DNA of 60,666 bases, counting the filler. It is 8 parts of 8 records of this genome, joined end to end, with 100 filler letters (N's around TTAATTAATTAA, not from the genome) between each part and the next. Parts side by side here need not be neighbours in the genome. Positions count along the whole stretch, not along the records: positions 1 to 2,851 come from SRR33789315_106; positions 2,952 to 14,200 come from SRR33789315_109; 6 more parts are not named here. The stretch is one strand, 5' to 3'. A program made the position numbers and the translations under genes. Positions 1 through 8,627 of this stretch are shown piece by piece (the stretch's first letter is position 1; each line of letters begins with the position of its first letter). Below the pieces are notes generated by a model. It was not told where the DNA came from, ran no database searches, and saw only the letters and a program-made list of their open reading frames with translations.

Positions 1-79
1 CTTCCCATTCCGAACAGAGAAGTTAAGCCCACTAGCGCAGATGGTACTGCATCCAGCGGGAGAGTATGTCGACGCCACT
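1..79 (+). rRNA. rrf: 5S rRNA, 3' part (5' end cut by window edge)
   Basis: CCCATTCCGAACA..GAAGTTAAGC..GATGGTACTG..GGGAGAGTA.GTCG..GCC is the conserved 5S pattern; Bacteroidota-like variant. Confidence 0.93.
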
Positions 80-84
80 TTTAT

Positions 85-119
85 AAAAACCCCTTCACTT
101 TGTGTTGGGGTTTTTTTTT
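85..119 (+). terminator. Rho-independent terminator after 5S
   Basis: AAAAACCCC...GGGG followed by a T9 run. Confidence 0.75.
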
Positions 120-182
120 GCCCTAATTTTTTTTAGTATAGGTTAGAATCGTCATTTAATATATCTGTAGTGATCTTATAAA

Positions 183-252
183 GTAGTAAATCCTATTAGC
201 GTATACACGAATTACGTAGGTACTAGATCCATCGGGAGAGTATGTCGACGCC
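183..252 (+). pseudogene. Degenerate second copy of the 5S rRNA 3' half
   Basis: 219-252 matches 43-76 at 31/34 nt; weaker similarity of 183-205 to 19-41. Confidence 0.7.
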
Positions 253-270
253 TCCCGATAGCTATCGGGA
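253..270. repeat. Perfect 18-bp palindrome TCCCGATAGCTATCGGGA (REP-like)
   Basis: Self-reverse-complementary; lies at the end of the 5S duplicate. Confidence 0.8.
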
Positions 271-387
271 TTTATAAAGAACCACTTCTAGTTTCGTGAG
301 GTCGGCTCTTAGCCAATTTTTATATCAATCTCTTATTAATTTAGAGAGTGTTTTGTAAGGAGAGTCCCTTAATATCAAGCTTTCAAT

Positions 388-395
388 TAAGTTTG
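388..395 (+). promoter_or_regulatory. Bacteroidota -7 promoter element TAAGTTTG
   Basis: Matches TAnnTTTG, 4 nt before the ATG at 400. Confidence 0.5.
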
Positions 396-399
396 TGAA

Positions 400-1338
400 A
401 TGGAACCTCGAAAAGTCTTATTCATAGATACAGTTCATAAATCTTTATGGCAACGATTATCAATACATGGATTTAAATGTTTTGATGGTACTAGTTTAAA
501 TAAACAAGAAGTCATAGAAGCATTATCGGATTGTTTTGGTTTGGTAATAAGGTCTCGATTTAGAGTGGATGAGGGAATATTAAGTTTGGCTGAAGATCTC
601 AAATTTGTGGCACGTAGTGGTTCTGGTCTTGAGAACATTGATCTGGACTATTGTACTAAAAACGATATACGTGTGATTTCTTCACCAGAGGGAAATGCTC
701 CTGCAGTAGCAGAACATGCGTTGTCCTTAATTCTTTGTTTGTTTAATAAGATTCATTTAGGACATTCCAATATGCTAAAGGGCATATGGGATAGAGAAAT
801 GCATCGGGGCTTAGAATTGTCATCTAAAACGGTGGGTTTAATTGGTTATGGCCATACAGGTAAGGCATTTGCCAAGGTTTTAAGTGGTTTAGGCTGTAAG
901 GTATATGCTCATGATATAGATGAGAGTATTATTTCAGATGAGTATGCTGATTTGATTTCGTTGTCAGAATTAGTAAAGTGCTGTGATGTTATTTCTATTC
1001 ATTTACCACTTTCAGAAGATACATTGAATTTTGTAAATGAGAAATTTATAGAGTCGGTGGAGCATCCTTTTTATTTAATAAATACAGCACGCGGAGCCCA
1101 TGTAGCTTATAATGCCTTATTAAATGGGCTAGAGTCGGGTAAGGTTTTGGGAGCTTGTATGGATGTACATGCGGTGGAAAAATCTTCTTTTGAAAATTTG
1201 GTGGTTGATAGTGACTTTGATAGAATTAAAAAGAAATCTAATGTTTTATTGAGTCCTCATGTTGCAGGTTGGACTGTTGAATCTTACGAAAGATTATCAT
1301 CCGTATTGGCTGATAAAATAGTAGCGCAATTTGGTTAA
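400..1338 (+). CDS. D-isomer-specific 2-hydroxyacid dehydrogenase (phosphoglycerate dehydrogenase-like)
   Basis: GLIGYGHTG Rossmann motif, INTARG, SPHVAG catalytic His motif. Confidence 0.9.
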   Translation: MEPRKVLFIDTVHKSLWQRLSIHGFKCFDGTSLNKQEVIEALSDCFGLVIRSRFRVDEGILSLAEDLKFVARSGSGLENIDLDYCTKNDIRVISSPEGNAPAVAEHALSLILCLFNKIHLGHSNMLKGIWDREMHRGLELSSKTVGLIGYGHTGKAFAKVLSGLGCKVYAHDIDESIISDEYADLISLSELVKCCDVISIHLPLSEDTLNFVNEKFIESVEHPFYLINTARGAHVAYNALLNGLESGKVLGACMDVHAVEKSSFENLVVDSDFDRIKKKSNVLLSPHVAGWTVESYERLSSVLADKIVAQFG

Positions 1339-1808
1339 TGGCTTTTGGTCTTAAAAAATATCATAAAGACGAATGCACAGAACGTTTGCGCAGGTTTTGT
1401 TTGTATCGGGAACGTTGCGTTAAAGAATGTAAAGATAAATTGAGGTCTTGGGGTTATTATGGATTGGAAGCTGATGAAATTATAAATCAGCTTTATGCTG
1501 AAAAATTTATCGATGAAGGAAGATTTGCTGAATCCTTTGTTCGGGGAAAATTCAATAACAACAACTGGGGAAAGACTAAAATTAGCTGGGAGTTAAAGCA
1601 AAAAGGCATAAGTGAGTTTAATATCAAAAAAGGTCTAGAGTCTATTTCTATAGAAGAGTATCAAGCTAAACTCGAAAAACTTTATCATAGAAAACATTCC
1701 GATTATTCAGGTAAAGGATTAAAAGATTACCAACTTCATCAAAAAGTAAGTAATTATTTAGTCCAAAAGGGTTTTGAATTTAATCTAATTAATCAATTTC
1801 GAACCTAA
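1338..1808 (+). CDS. recX: Regulatory protein RecX
   Basis: YRERC..E..KL, FIDEGRFAESFVRGK..WG..KI..ELKQKGI; start overlaps upstream stop. Confidence 0.88.
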   Translation: MAFGLKKYHKDECTERLRRFCLYRERCVKECKDKLRSWGYYGLEADEIINQLYAEKFIDEGRFAESFVRGKFNNNNWGKTKISWELKQKGISEFNIKKGLESISIEEYQAKLEKLYHRKHSDYSGKGLKDYQLHQKVSNYLVQKGFEFNLINQFRT

Positions 1809-1909
1809 GGGTATAGGTTTATATAGTTGTAAATAAGTGTTTTAGGCTTGCCTTAGGTTTGAACGGAAAATAATTACACACAAAACGTTTCCTATTTGTT
1901 AAAATAATT

Positions 1910-1917
1910 TAAATTTG
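1910..1917 (+). promoter_or_regulatory. Bacteroidota -7 promoter element TAAATTTG
   Basis: Matches TAnnTTTG, 4 nt before the GTG at 1922. Confidence 0.5.
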
Positions 1918-1921
1918 CCAT

Positions 1922-2545
1922 GTGGAAGATAAGAAGTGTTTAATAGTAAACGGATGCCGAGAATTATTTAGAAGGTTTGGAATTAAGAGCCTTACCATGG
2001 CGGATATCGCTAGAAAACTTGGGGTTTCAACTAAAACACTATACCAGCATGTAGGTGATAAAAACGAGTTAGTCACCTTAGCCGTAACTAGTCACTTTAC
2101 CAAGTATCAGGACTTTTATGAAAACACGGTTATGGTAGATACTAGAAAAAATGCCATTGATCAATTTCTAGATTCAAGTACTTATTTATTGGAACTGTTG
2201 TCTGAATTTCATCCGAATGCATACTATGAAATGTCGAAGTTTCACCCTACGGCCAAAAATTATGTAGATGATTTTTTTAATGGTTTTGTAAAAGAAAAAA
2301 TCTACGAGAATTTAGAACGAGGTATAGATGAAAATCTTTACCGAAAGAATATTGAAAAATCCTTTGTTTTTTCATTGTATAAGTTAGTTTTGACTAATAT
2401 TCTTGATGGATATTTTTTAAATCAAACCAAGATGAGCCACCATAATGTTTACCGTGAATTTTATGAATATCATATTCATGGATTGGTAACACCATCTGGT
2501 CTTCAGTATTTTAAATCGAAAATAAATAATAAGCTTTATGAATAA
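1922..2545 (+). CDS. TetR/AcrR family regulator
   Basis: N-terminal HTH LF.RFGIKSLTMADIARKLGVSTKTLYQH. Confidence 0.92.
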   Translation: MEDKKCLIVNGCRELFRRFGIKSLTMADIARKLGVSTKTLYQHVGDKNELVTLAVTSHFTKYQDFYENTVMVDTRKNAIDQFLDSSTYLLELLSEFHPNAYYEMSKFHPTAKNYVDDFFNGFVKEKIYENLERGIDENLYRKNIEKSFVFSLYKLVLTNILDGYFLNQTKMSHHNVYREFYEYHIHGLVTPSGLQYFKSKINNKLYE

Positions 2546-2851
2546 ATCACCTTTGTTGATAGTGATTCTTTGTTTGGCATTGGGGGTTAATGCTCAAGAA
2601 AGTTTTTCGCTTTCGCAAGCCCTTTCTTATGCCAAAGATAACGCCTATCAGAACAAGCAGGCAGCTTATGAAGTAGCAAATGCCCAAGCCATAGTTAAGG
2701 AAACAATTGGTTCTGGTTTACCGCAGATAAATGCGAGTGCAGATTATCAGAGTTTTGCAACTGTTCCGGTAACACCATTGCCAGCTGAATTAACAGGAGG
2801 AGAACCAGGGACTTTTGTGCCTGTAAAATTCAATCCTAAGCAAAACATGAC
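2538..2851 (+). CDS. TolC family outer membrane efflux protein, N-terminal fragment
   Basis: Signal peptide, FSLSQALSYA..N, GLPQINASADYQ; follows TetR; cut by contig end. Confidence 0.8.
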
Positions 2852-2951
2852 NNNNNNNNNNNNNNNNNNNNNNNNNNNNNNNNNNNNNNNNNNNNTTAAT
2901 TAATTAANNNNNNNNNNNNNNNNNNNNNNNNNNNNNNNNNNNNNNNNNNNN
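2852..2951. other. Artificial contig linker (also 14201-14300, 17575-17674, 20171-20270, 34013-34112, 38037-38136, 58052-58151)
   Basis: Identical N44-TTAATTAATTAA-N44 spacer with stops in all six frames. Confidence 0.99.
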
Positions 2952-2955
2952 TTTA

Positions 2956-2980
2956 TGTCAACGTATTTCAGGATGGGACA
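2956..2980. mobile_element. Probable IS3-family terminal inverted repeat at contig edge
   Basis: TGTCAACGTATTTCAGGATGGGACA ends in CA and resembles IS3-type right ends as I recall them; sits at an assembly break. Confidence 0.45.
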
Positions 2981-2988
2981 TTAAAAAC

Positions 2989-3021
2989 AAAAAAGCCGGG
3001 CAAAAGTTGCCCGGCTTTTTT
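2989..3021. terminator. Bidirectional intrinsic terminator downstream of TBDR
   Basis: AAAAAAGCCGGGCAA-aag-TTGCCCGGCTTTTTT. Confidence 0.9.
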
Positions 3022-3032
3022 ATAGTAAAAAT

Positions 3033-6000
3033 TTAGAATGACATTTTGACGCCCACATAAGCAAAACGGCCCGTTCCTCGTCCATATTCACTTAAATAGT
3101 TACCAATACCATCGGCGACTAAACCTAGATCACCGGTGCCACTGTTAGCCACAAAAGGTCCCTGATTGTCGAACAAATTACGAATACCGGCATAAATATC
3201 CATGTCTTCTATTTGCTTCAGGTCTAAGTCGTAGTTAACCGAAATATCATGGGTGATATAAGAGCCGTAATATAAATAAGCTGGGGTTTCCCAGTCAGCA
3301 ACACCTTCACCAGCAGCAATGGCGGCTAAGTTGGCATCACGCACGAGCTCCCAATCAGCTACCCGAGTATGATCATCAACAGCAGAACTTTTAAATTTAG
3401 TACGCCATTGAACCCGCCAATCACCGGTGTACCACGTGACCGAAGTTGATGCTTCGTTAGCAAAAACACCCGATGATAATTCACCAACATATTCAGTAGT
3501 AATTAAACCATCGGTACCTTGAGAGGTTTTTGAACGTTCAATCATGTGAGTCATGTCAGCACGAAATTTAAGTTTACCGTAAGTACTTAGCCCATGTTCA
3601 TATGACATCGCAATATCGTAACCACGGGCGGTTTCATTATTTTGGTTTTCTTCAACCTGCAAGATTTGACTAATGTCGCCCTCTGCGTCGCGGCTGATTA
3701 ACTGACAGAAAGGATTACTATCACTATAGCCTAACTCAGAATTATAACATTCGCGCAAAATGGTACTGTTGTCGGTAGATGCGATGGCATCGTCAACATC
3801 AATATCATAATAATCAATAGCAAATTGCAGGTTCTTCACAAAGGTTGGCGCCCAAGTCATACCCAAGGTAAAAGTATCTGCCGACTCTTCTTTAAGGTCT
3901 GCATTACCGGCATTAGGTGAATATGTTGAACTTCCATTTGATTCGAAAACACCACTCAAAGCAATAACCGCAGCGATGGCAGGATCGAGTCGGCAATTAT
4001 TGTCAGTGGTGCCCGTTGACGTTGCAGTAGTACCATCACAGACGTCAGATACCGAATCATAATCACCACGAGGTGGCGACCAAGTTTCGGTAATACTTGG
4101 GGCCCGTAAGGCATGAGCAAAGTTTGAACGTATGCCCAGCCCTTCTATTGGTTCCCACATCAAACCCACACGGTAACTCGTGGTCATACCTACATGGCTA
4201 TAATCCGCTACTCGCACCGAGGCTTCAGCCGAAAGGCTAGTCAATAGAGGTACGTAAACCTCAGCAAAAACCTCTTTAACATCTATCGAGCCACTAAAAG
4301 TAGGTACCATGTTAAATGTCATGCCACCATTTCTGAACAACTCATCGGTGTCCAAATCTTGTTTATCTTTTCGATATTCAAAACCAACAGCGGCAGACAT
4401 CATGCCGGCTGGCATAGCAAATAAGTCTCCTGTCATATAACCGCTGATATTGTACTGGGTATTACGGGTAGTTAGGGTTGGATTTGCTCTGATGTAGTCA
4501 GCGGCTTCTTCGGTAATACTGCCGATACCAAAAATGTTAACCGGTACACAACCGTTAGCACGGGCTTCATCATCCTGACATTGCACTGTCACTCCATCTT
4601 CGGCATATTCAACATCCAGACCATAACCTAAATTGATAATATTAAGTTCATTTAAACGTTTTTGATGTTGTTTAAAGGTGCCGTAACCGACCGAAATGTC
4701 CCAGTCCCAACTGCCATCAAACGCATTGCCTTGCAAACCTGCCCATGTGCGCACTGTCGTACGTTTGTTGTCTGACGTTTGTTGACCCACTTCCCAGAAC
4801 GTTCTGTCCCAAGTTACCGTACTGCCAGCACCTGCGGATATTTCATCGGGGATATAAGGGTTCAGTCCAAGGCTGTTATCCACTGCACCATTAACATAAT
4901 TATTATTTTTTATGGTGCCAGCTGATATTTCGCTTGCCTCACCTGTTATCGGATCAACATAGAGTTCGGTATCGTTGTAGTCTTGTCCTTCAGGAGCCTT
5001 TTTATGAACTGAAGTGGTTTGGCTAAATTGCAGTTGAGCATACACACGTACATCATTGGGTAGGTCGTAATCAAACTTTACCGCGGCTGAAACGCGGTCA
5101 TTTGGCACTCTTAACCAATCATAGGCAGAAGTCGTAAAACCATTAGCCGCGAGATTAAAATCTTCTTTTAGCTCATTGTCATCATTGTAATACCAGTCAT
5201 TTTCAAAGTGACCACCGGGGATATCGTTAGACTTGTAACGCCAATCTTCTTGAGTAACATCACTCATACATTCCCAACCACTTAACGTGTAGTTTTGATT
5301 ACACATTTCATCTTCGTCATAGCGATATCGAGATTGCACTGCCGAGCGTGAGCGATCATTTTGCATTAAACCAAATTCACGGTCCCACGATACGCCCATA
5401 TACAAATAACCATTTGCATTGTCTATGGATGCACCATAACCGCTATCAATGGTAAATTCTCTGCCACCACCGTTTGTGGTCTCACCACCTCGAACGTTTA
5501 AATCTAAACCCTGCTTACTTTGCTGAGTAATAATATTGACTACACCTGCAATGGCATCTGAACCATAAATTGCCGAAGCACCACCGCTGATCACTTCAAC
5601 TCTGTCCACCATGGCATTAGGAATAGTGCTTAAACTGACATAATTACCACTGTAACTGTTAGATACCACACGACGACCGTCAATTAGGGTTAAGGTGCGG
5701 TCGGTACCCAAATGACGCAAATCAACGGTAGATAAACCGGTATTTTGCACACTCGATTGAGAGCTGGTATTGCTGTAACTTGCACTTAATGCAGGGATCT
5801 CATCGACCAGAATATCTGCTAGCGAACCGATACCAGCACTTTGTATATCTTCAACGCCAATGGAAATGAGAGGTGTGGCCATGGAAAAACTGTCACGCTT
5901 GATACGCGTGCCAGTCACCTGAATTTTTTCATCAGCACCTTTATTTTCTGCGCCTTGTTGAGCAGTTGCAGTGCTGCTGGTCGCTTTTACTTCAACCGGT

Positions 6001-6080
6001 GTTTCTTGAGCAAAAGCCTGAAAAGACAAGGTTCCGACTATGGCAGCCTGAACCGCTAATGCTAGTGTTTTTTTGTTCAT
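3033..6080 (-). CDS. TonB-dependent receptor
   Basis: Signal peptide, EKIQVTGTRI TonB box, plug RTLTLIDGRR/GASAIYGSDAIAGVVNII, C-terminal Phe. Confidence 0.96.
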   Translation of the reverse strand: MNKKTLALAVQAAIVGTLSFQAFAQETPVEVKATSSTATAQQGAENKGADEKIQVTGTRIKRDSFSMATPLISIGVEDIQSAGIGSLADILVDEIPALSASYSNTSSQSSVQNTGLSTVDLRHLGTDRTLTLIDGRRVVSNSYSGNYVSLSTIPNAMVDRVEVISGGASAIYGSDAIAGVVNIITQQSKQGLDLNVRGGETTNGGGREFTIDSGYGASIDNANGYLYMGVSWDREFGLMQNDRSRSAVQSRYRYDEDEMCNQNYTLSGWECMSDVTQEDWRYKSNDIPGGHFENDWYYNDDNELKEDFNLAANGFTTSAYDWLRVPNDRVSAAVKFDYDLPNDVRVYAQLQFSQTTSVHKKAPEGQDYNDTELYVDPITGEASEISAGTIKNNNYVNGAVDNSLGLNPYIPDEISAGAGSTVTWDRTFWEVGQQTSDNKRTTVRTWAGLQGNAFDGSWDWDISVGYGTFKQHQKRLNELNIINLGYGLDVEYAEDGVTVQCQDDEARANGCVPVNIFGIGSITEEAADYIRANPTLTTRNTQYNISGYMTGDLFAMPAGMMSAAVGFEYRKDKQDLDTDELFRNGGMTFNMVPTFSGSIDVKEVFAEVYVPLLTSLSAEASVRVADYSHVGMTTSYRVGLMWEPIEGLGIRSNFAHALRAPSITETWSPPRGDYDSVSDVCDGTTATSTGTTDNNCRLDPAIAAVIALSGVFESNGSSTYSPNAGNADLKEESADTFTLGMTWAPTFVKNLQFAIDYYDIDVDDAIASTDNSTILRECYNSELGYSDSNPFCQLISRDAEGDISQILQVEENQNNETARGYDIAMSYEHGLSTYGKLKFRADMTHMIERSKTSQGTDGLITTEYVGELSSGVFANEASTSVTWYTGDWRVQWRTKFKSSAVDDHTRVADWELVRDANLAAIAAGEGVADWETPAYLYYGSYITHDISVNYDLDLKQIEDMDIYAGIRNLFDNQGPFVANSGTGDLGLVADGIGNYLSEYGRGTGRFAYVGVKMSF

Positions 6081-6401
6081 GGATATTCCTATTAATGGGA
6101 GTCACAAAACCCCCAATGTTTTTTTAAGCTTTTTTATTATGGTAAGCACCGACTCAATAATAGCGGCTAATCTCTTTTATGCTTCAAGCACTTAATGGTC
6201 AATGTTAGCCACATCGTTTATGCCCCGCTTATATCTCTATTTAACATCTATTAAAAAACTTACCGCTTTTCTGGTTAATTAACTTCCCTTTACATAATCA
6301 CCTATCAAAAAGCATGTAGATTGCCACCAAGGTAGTGATTTGATAAAGTCCTTTTACAGAAAGATTACTTCCGTACACACACCTCAATAGCGATTAAAAA
6401 C

Positions 6402-8501
6402 ATGTCCTTCCATCATGCCTACTCACTTGGCCCATATCGGATAGAACCTTCCGAAGGTGCGATCTATCTAAGTGAAAATGATAAGCAAAATTTGCAGCCT
6501 AAATTTATCGAGGTACTTAACTACTTATCACAACATTATCCTAGAGTGGTTTCGCGGGAAGAATTAATTAACAGTGTATGGTTGGGCAACGAATACGTAG
6601 GTGAAAAGGCGCTAACTAATGCCGTATGGCACTTACGTCAAGCACTCAAAACCGAAGATAGCCAAGAGATAATAGAAACCATTCGTAAGACGGGCTATCG
6701 ACTTTGTGTAAAACCGCAAAAAATAAACCATGAAGATGACGAAGCCTCAGTATCTGTGCCATCTTATAAAAAATATTGGCTGATGGCAGCGGCCAGTCTA
6801 ATAGTGTTATGTGGGCTGAGTTTAGTTTGGTGGCGAAGCACATTGGCTCATGTTGCAGTTCAACTGCCTCCTGAAAATATCACCACCGATCCTGGCTTAG
6901 AACTTTTTCCAGCACCTTCTCCTGATGGTCACTTTTTAGTGTATAAATGGACCGGCCCAAGCGGTAATAAAGATTTATTTTTACTCAAACTCAACAAGGA
7001 AAATGCCACTGCAACAAATTTAACGGATGATATCGCCAACGAGGGTCGCGCTGTGTGGAGTCGTGATAGTCAATACCTCTACTTTAGGCGTCAAATAAAA
7101 GAATCTCGGATTTGTGAAGTCATTCAGTTACGTATGCAAGACAAACAAGAAAAGGTACTCGGACATTGCCCTCTTAGCGGTGGCGACCTGCACCATTTAG
7201 ATATCTCAGTTGACGACTCGACCTTGGCCTATTTAGGAGTAGATGAGCAAAATGAGAATCGGGGCATTTATTTTGTTGACCCCAAACAAGATGTGCCCCA
7301 AGCAAAACTTTTTTCATGTCCAGAAAAGGAATGTAACTATCGAGAGCAGGAAGTGGCATTTTCTCCCGACGGGAAATTTATGGCGGTCAGTCGACGTGAA
7401 AGCATCTTTTCAGAAAATATTTATTTAACCAATTTAACTTCAGGTGAGAGTCGACAACTGACTTTTGACGAGGATGATATTGTCGGTATGTCGTGGCTAC
7501 CAAATGGCAAAGAGCTGATTTATGCGGTGCAAACAGCCGATACCCGCAGCGGATATCGCCTCAATATTAATACAATGCAACGCAGCGCTCTAAATTTAGA
7601 CGGATTCAGTTACCCTGCTTTTGTACGCAGTAAAAATTGGTTGTATTACCAATACCGCAAAGAACAATATCAAATTACTAGTTTGGCAATAGACTCTTCT
7701 GGCACCAGCAGCCCGTTTCCGCTAATCCAGTCTGATTACAATCACAAATACCCTGATTATTCCTCTGCCAAAGACAAAATTGCCTACGTTTCAAATGAAA
7801 GTGGCAGTCAAGAAATCTGGATAGCCGATGCCACTGGTCGCCACCGCCAAAAGCTGACCAATATGACCCGCCCCGTCCGCTACCCTAGCTGGTCTCACGA
7901 CGGTTCGCACATTGCATTTTTAGCCCCTAATGAAGATAAAAAAACCGACAGTATTTATATTGTCGATGTGGACTCTAGACAAATAAGTAAAATTCCGAGC
8001 CCGTTTAAGCGACATAATAGGCCGAGCTGGTCCATTGATGATCTCAGTATTATGACCTCGGTGTATACCCAAAAGCATAATGATATTTATGAATTCCGCT
8101 TGGACGGCACCATGATCCAACGTCTAAGCCACAACGGCGGGCGCTATGCCATCGCACAAGAAAATGGCGCGATACTCTATAGTCGAAACAATGGGGAGTT
8201 GTGGCAAATCGAGTCGACACTTCACACAGCCAGACTCCTTGTTAATAAAAAACTTTTTGCCAGTCGCTATAGCTGGACCTATAGAAATGGCCAAGTTTAT
8301 TTTATGTCTGACAATGATGAGTACCAAGAAATTAGCCAACTAGACCTGAGCACGCAACAACAGCGTCTATTGTTGCGTGTTCCTAACGATTCTGTCGCAG
8401 AGGGTTCAGCTTTGAGTTTCGATGAAAAACATCATCGTCTACTGTTTACTAACACTTTGTTTTACCAATCAGACATAAAATTAGTGCGAAATTTTCATTA
8501 G
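6402..8501 (+). CDS. Transmembrane one-component regulator: OmpR/CadC-type winged helix + TM + TolB-like (PD40) beta-propeller
   Basis: VSREELINSVW..ALTNAVWHLRQAL..IETIRKTGYRL; TM segment; repeated PSPDG/PSWSHDG motifs. Confidence 0.88.
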   Translation: MSFHHAYSLGPYRIEPSEGAIYLSENDKQNLQPKFIEVLNYLSQHYPRVVSREELINSVWLGNEYVGEKALTNAVWHLRQALKTEDSQEIIETIRKTGYRLCVKPQKINHEDDEASVSVPSYKKYWLMAAASLIVLCGLSLVWWRSTLAHVAVQLPPENITTDPGLELFPAPSPDGHFLVYKWTGPSGNKDLFLLKLNKENATATNLTDDIANEGRAVWSRDSQYLYFRRQIKESRICEVIQLRMQDKQEKVLGHCPLSGGDLHHLDISVDDSTLAYLGVDEQNENRGIYFVDPKQDVPQAKLFSCPEKECNYREQEVAFSPDGKFMAVSRRESIFSENIYLTNLTSGESRQLTFDEDDIVGMSWLPNGKELIYAVQTADTRSGYRLNINTMQRSALNLDGFSYPAFVRSKNWLYYQYRKEQYQITSLAIDSSGTSSPFPLIQSDYNHKYPDYSSAKDKIAYVSNESGSQEIWIADATGRHRQKLTNMTRPVRYPSWSHDGSHIAFLAPNEDKKTDSIYIVDVDSRQISKIPSPFKRHNRPSWSIDDLSIMTSVYTQKHNDIYEFRLDGTMIQRLSHNGGRYAIAQENGAILYSRNNGELWQIESTLHTARLLVNKKLFASRYSWTYRNGQVYFMSDNDEYQEISQLDLSTQQQRLLLRVPNDSVAEGSALSFDEKHHRLLFTNTLFYQSDIKLVRNFH

Positions 8502-8627
8502 CTCAGATTACTCTGCTTAAGTATTACCTCTCACTAGCCCTATGGGCTTAGAAAGATTTTTTTATCTATTTGATAGTAATAGTTTTATTGAAATACTTTA
8601 ACAATCATTAATCCTAGTTCAGATTAC

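Noticed and set aside
2896-2907. TTAATTAATTAA recurring seven times inside N runs
   Set aside because: Artificial all-frame-stop linker; ORFs running into it (poly-X ends) are artefacts
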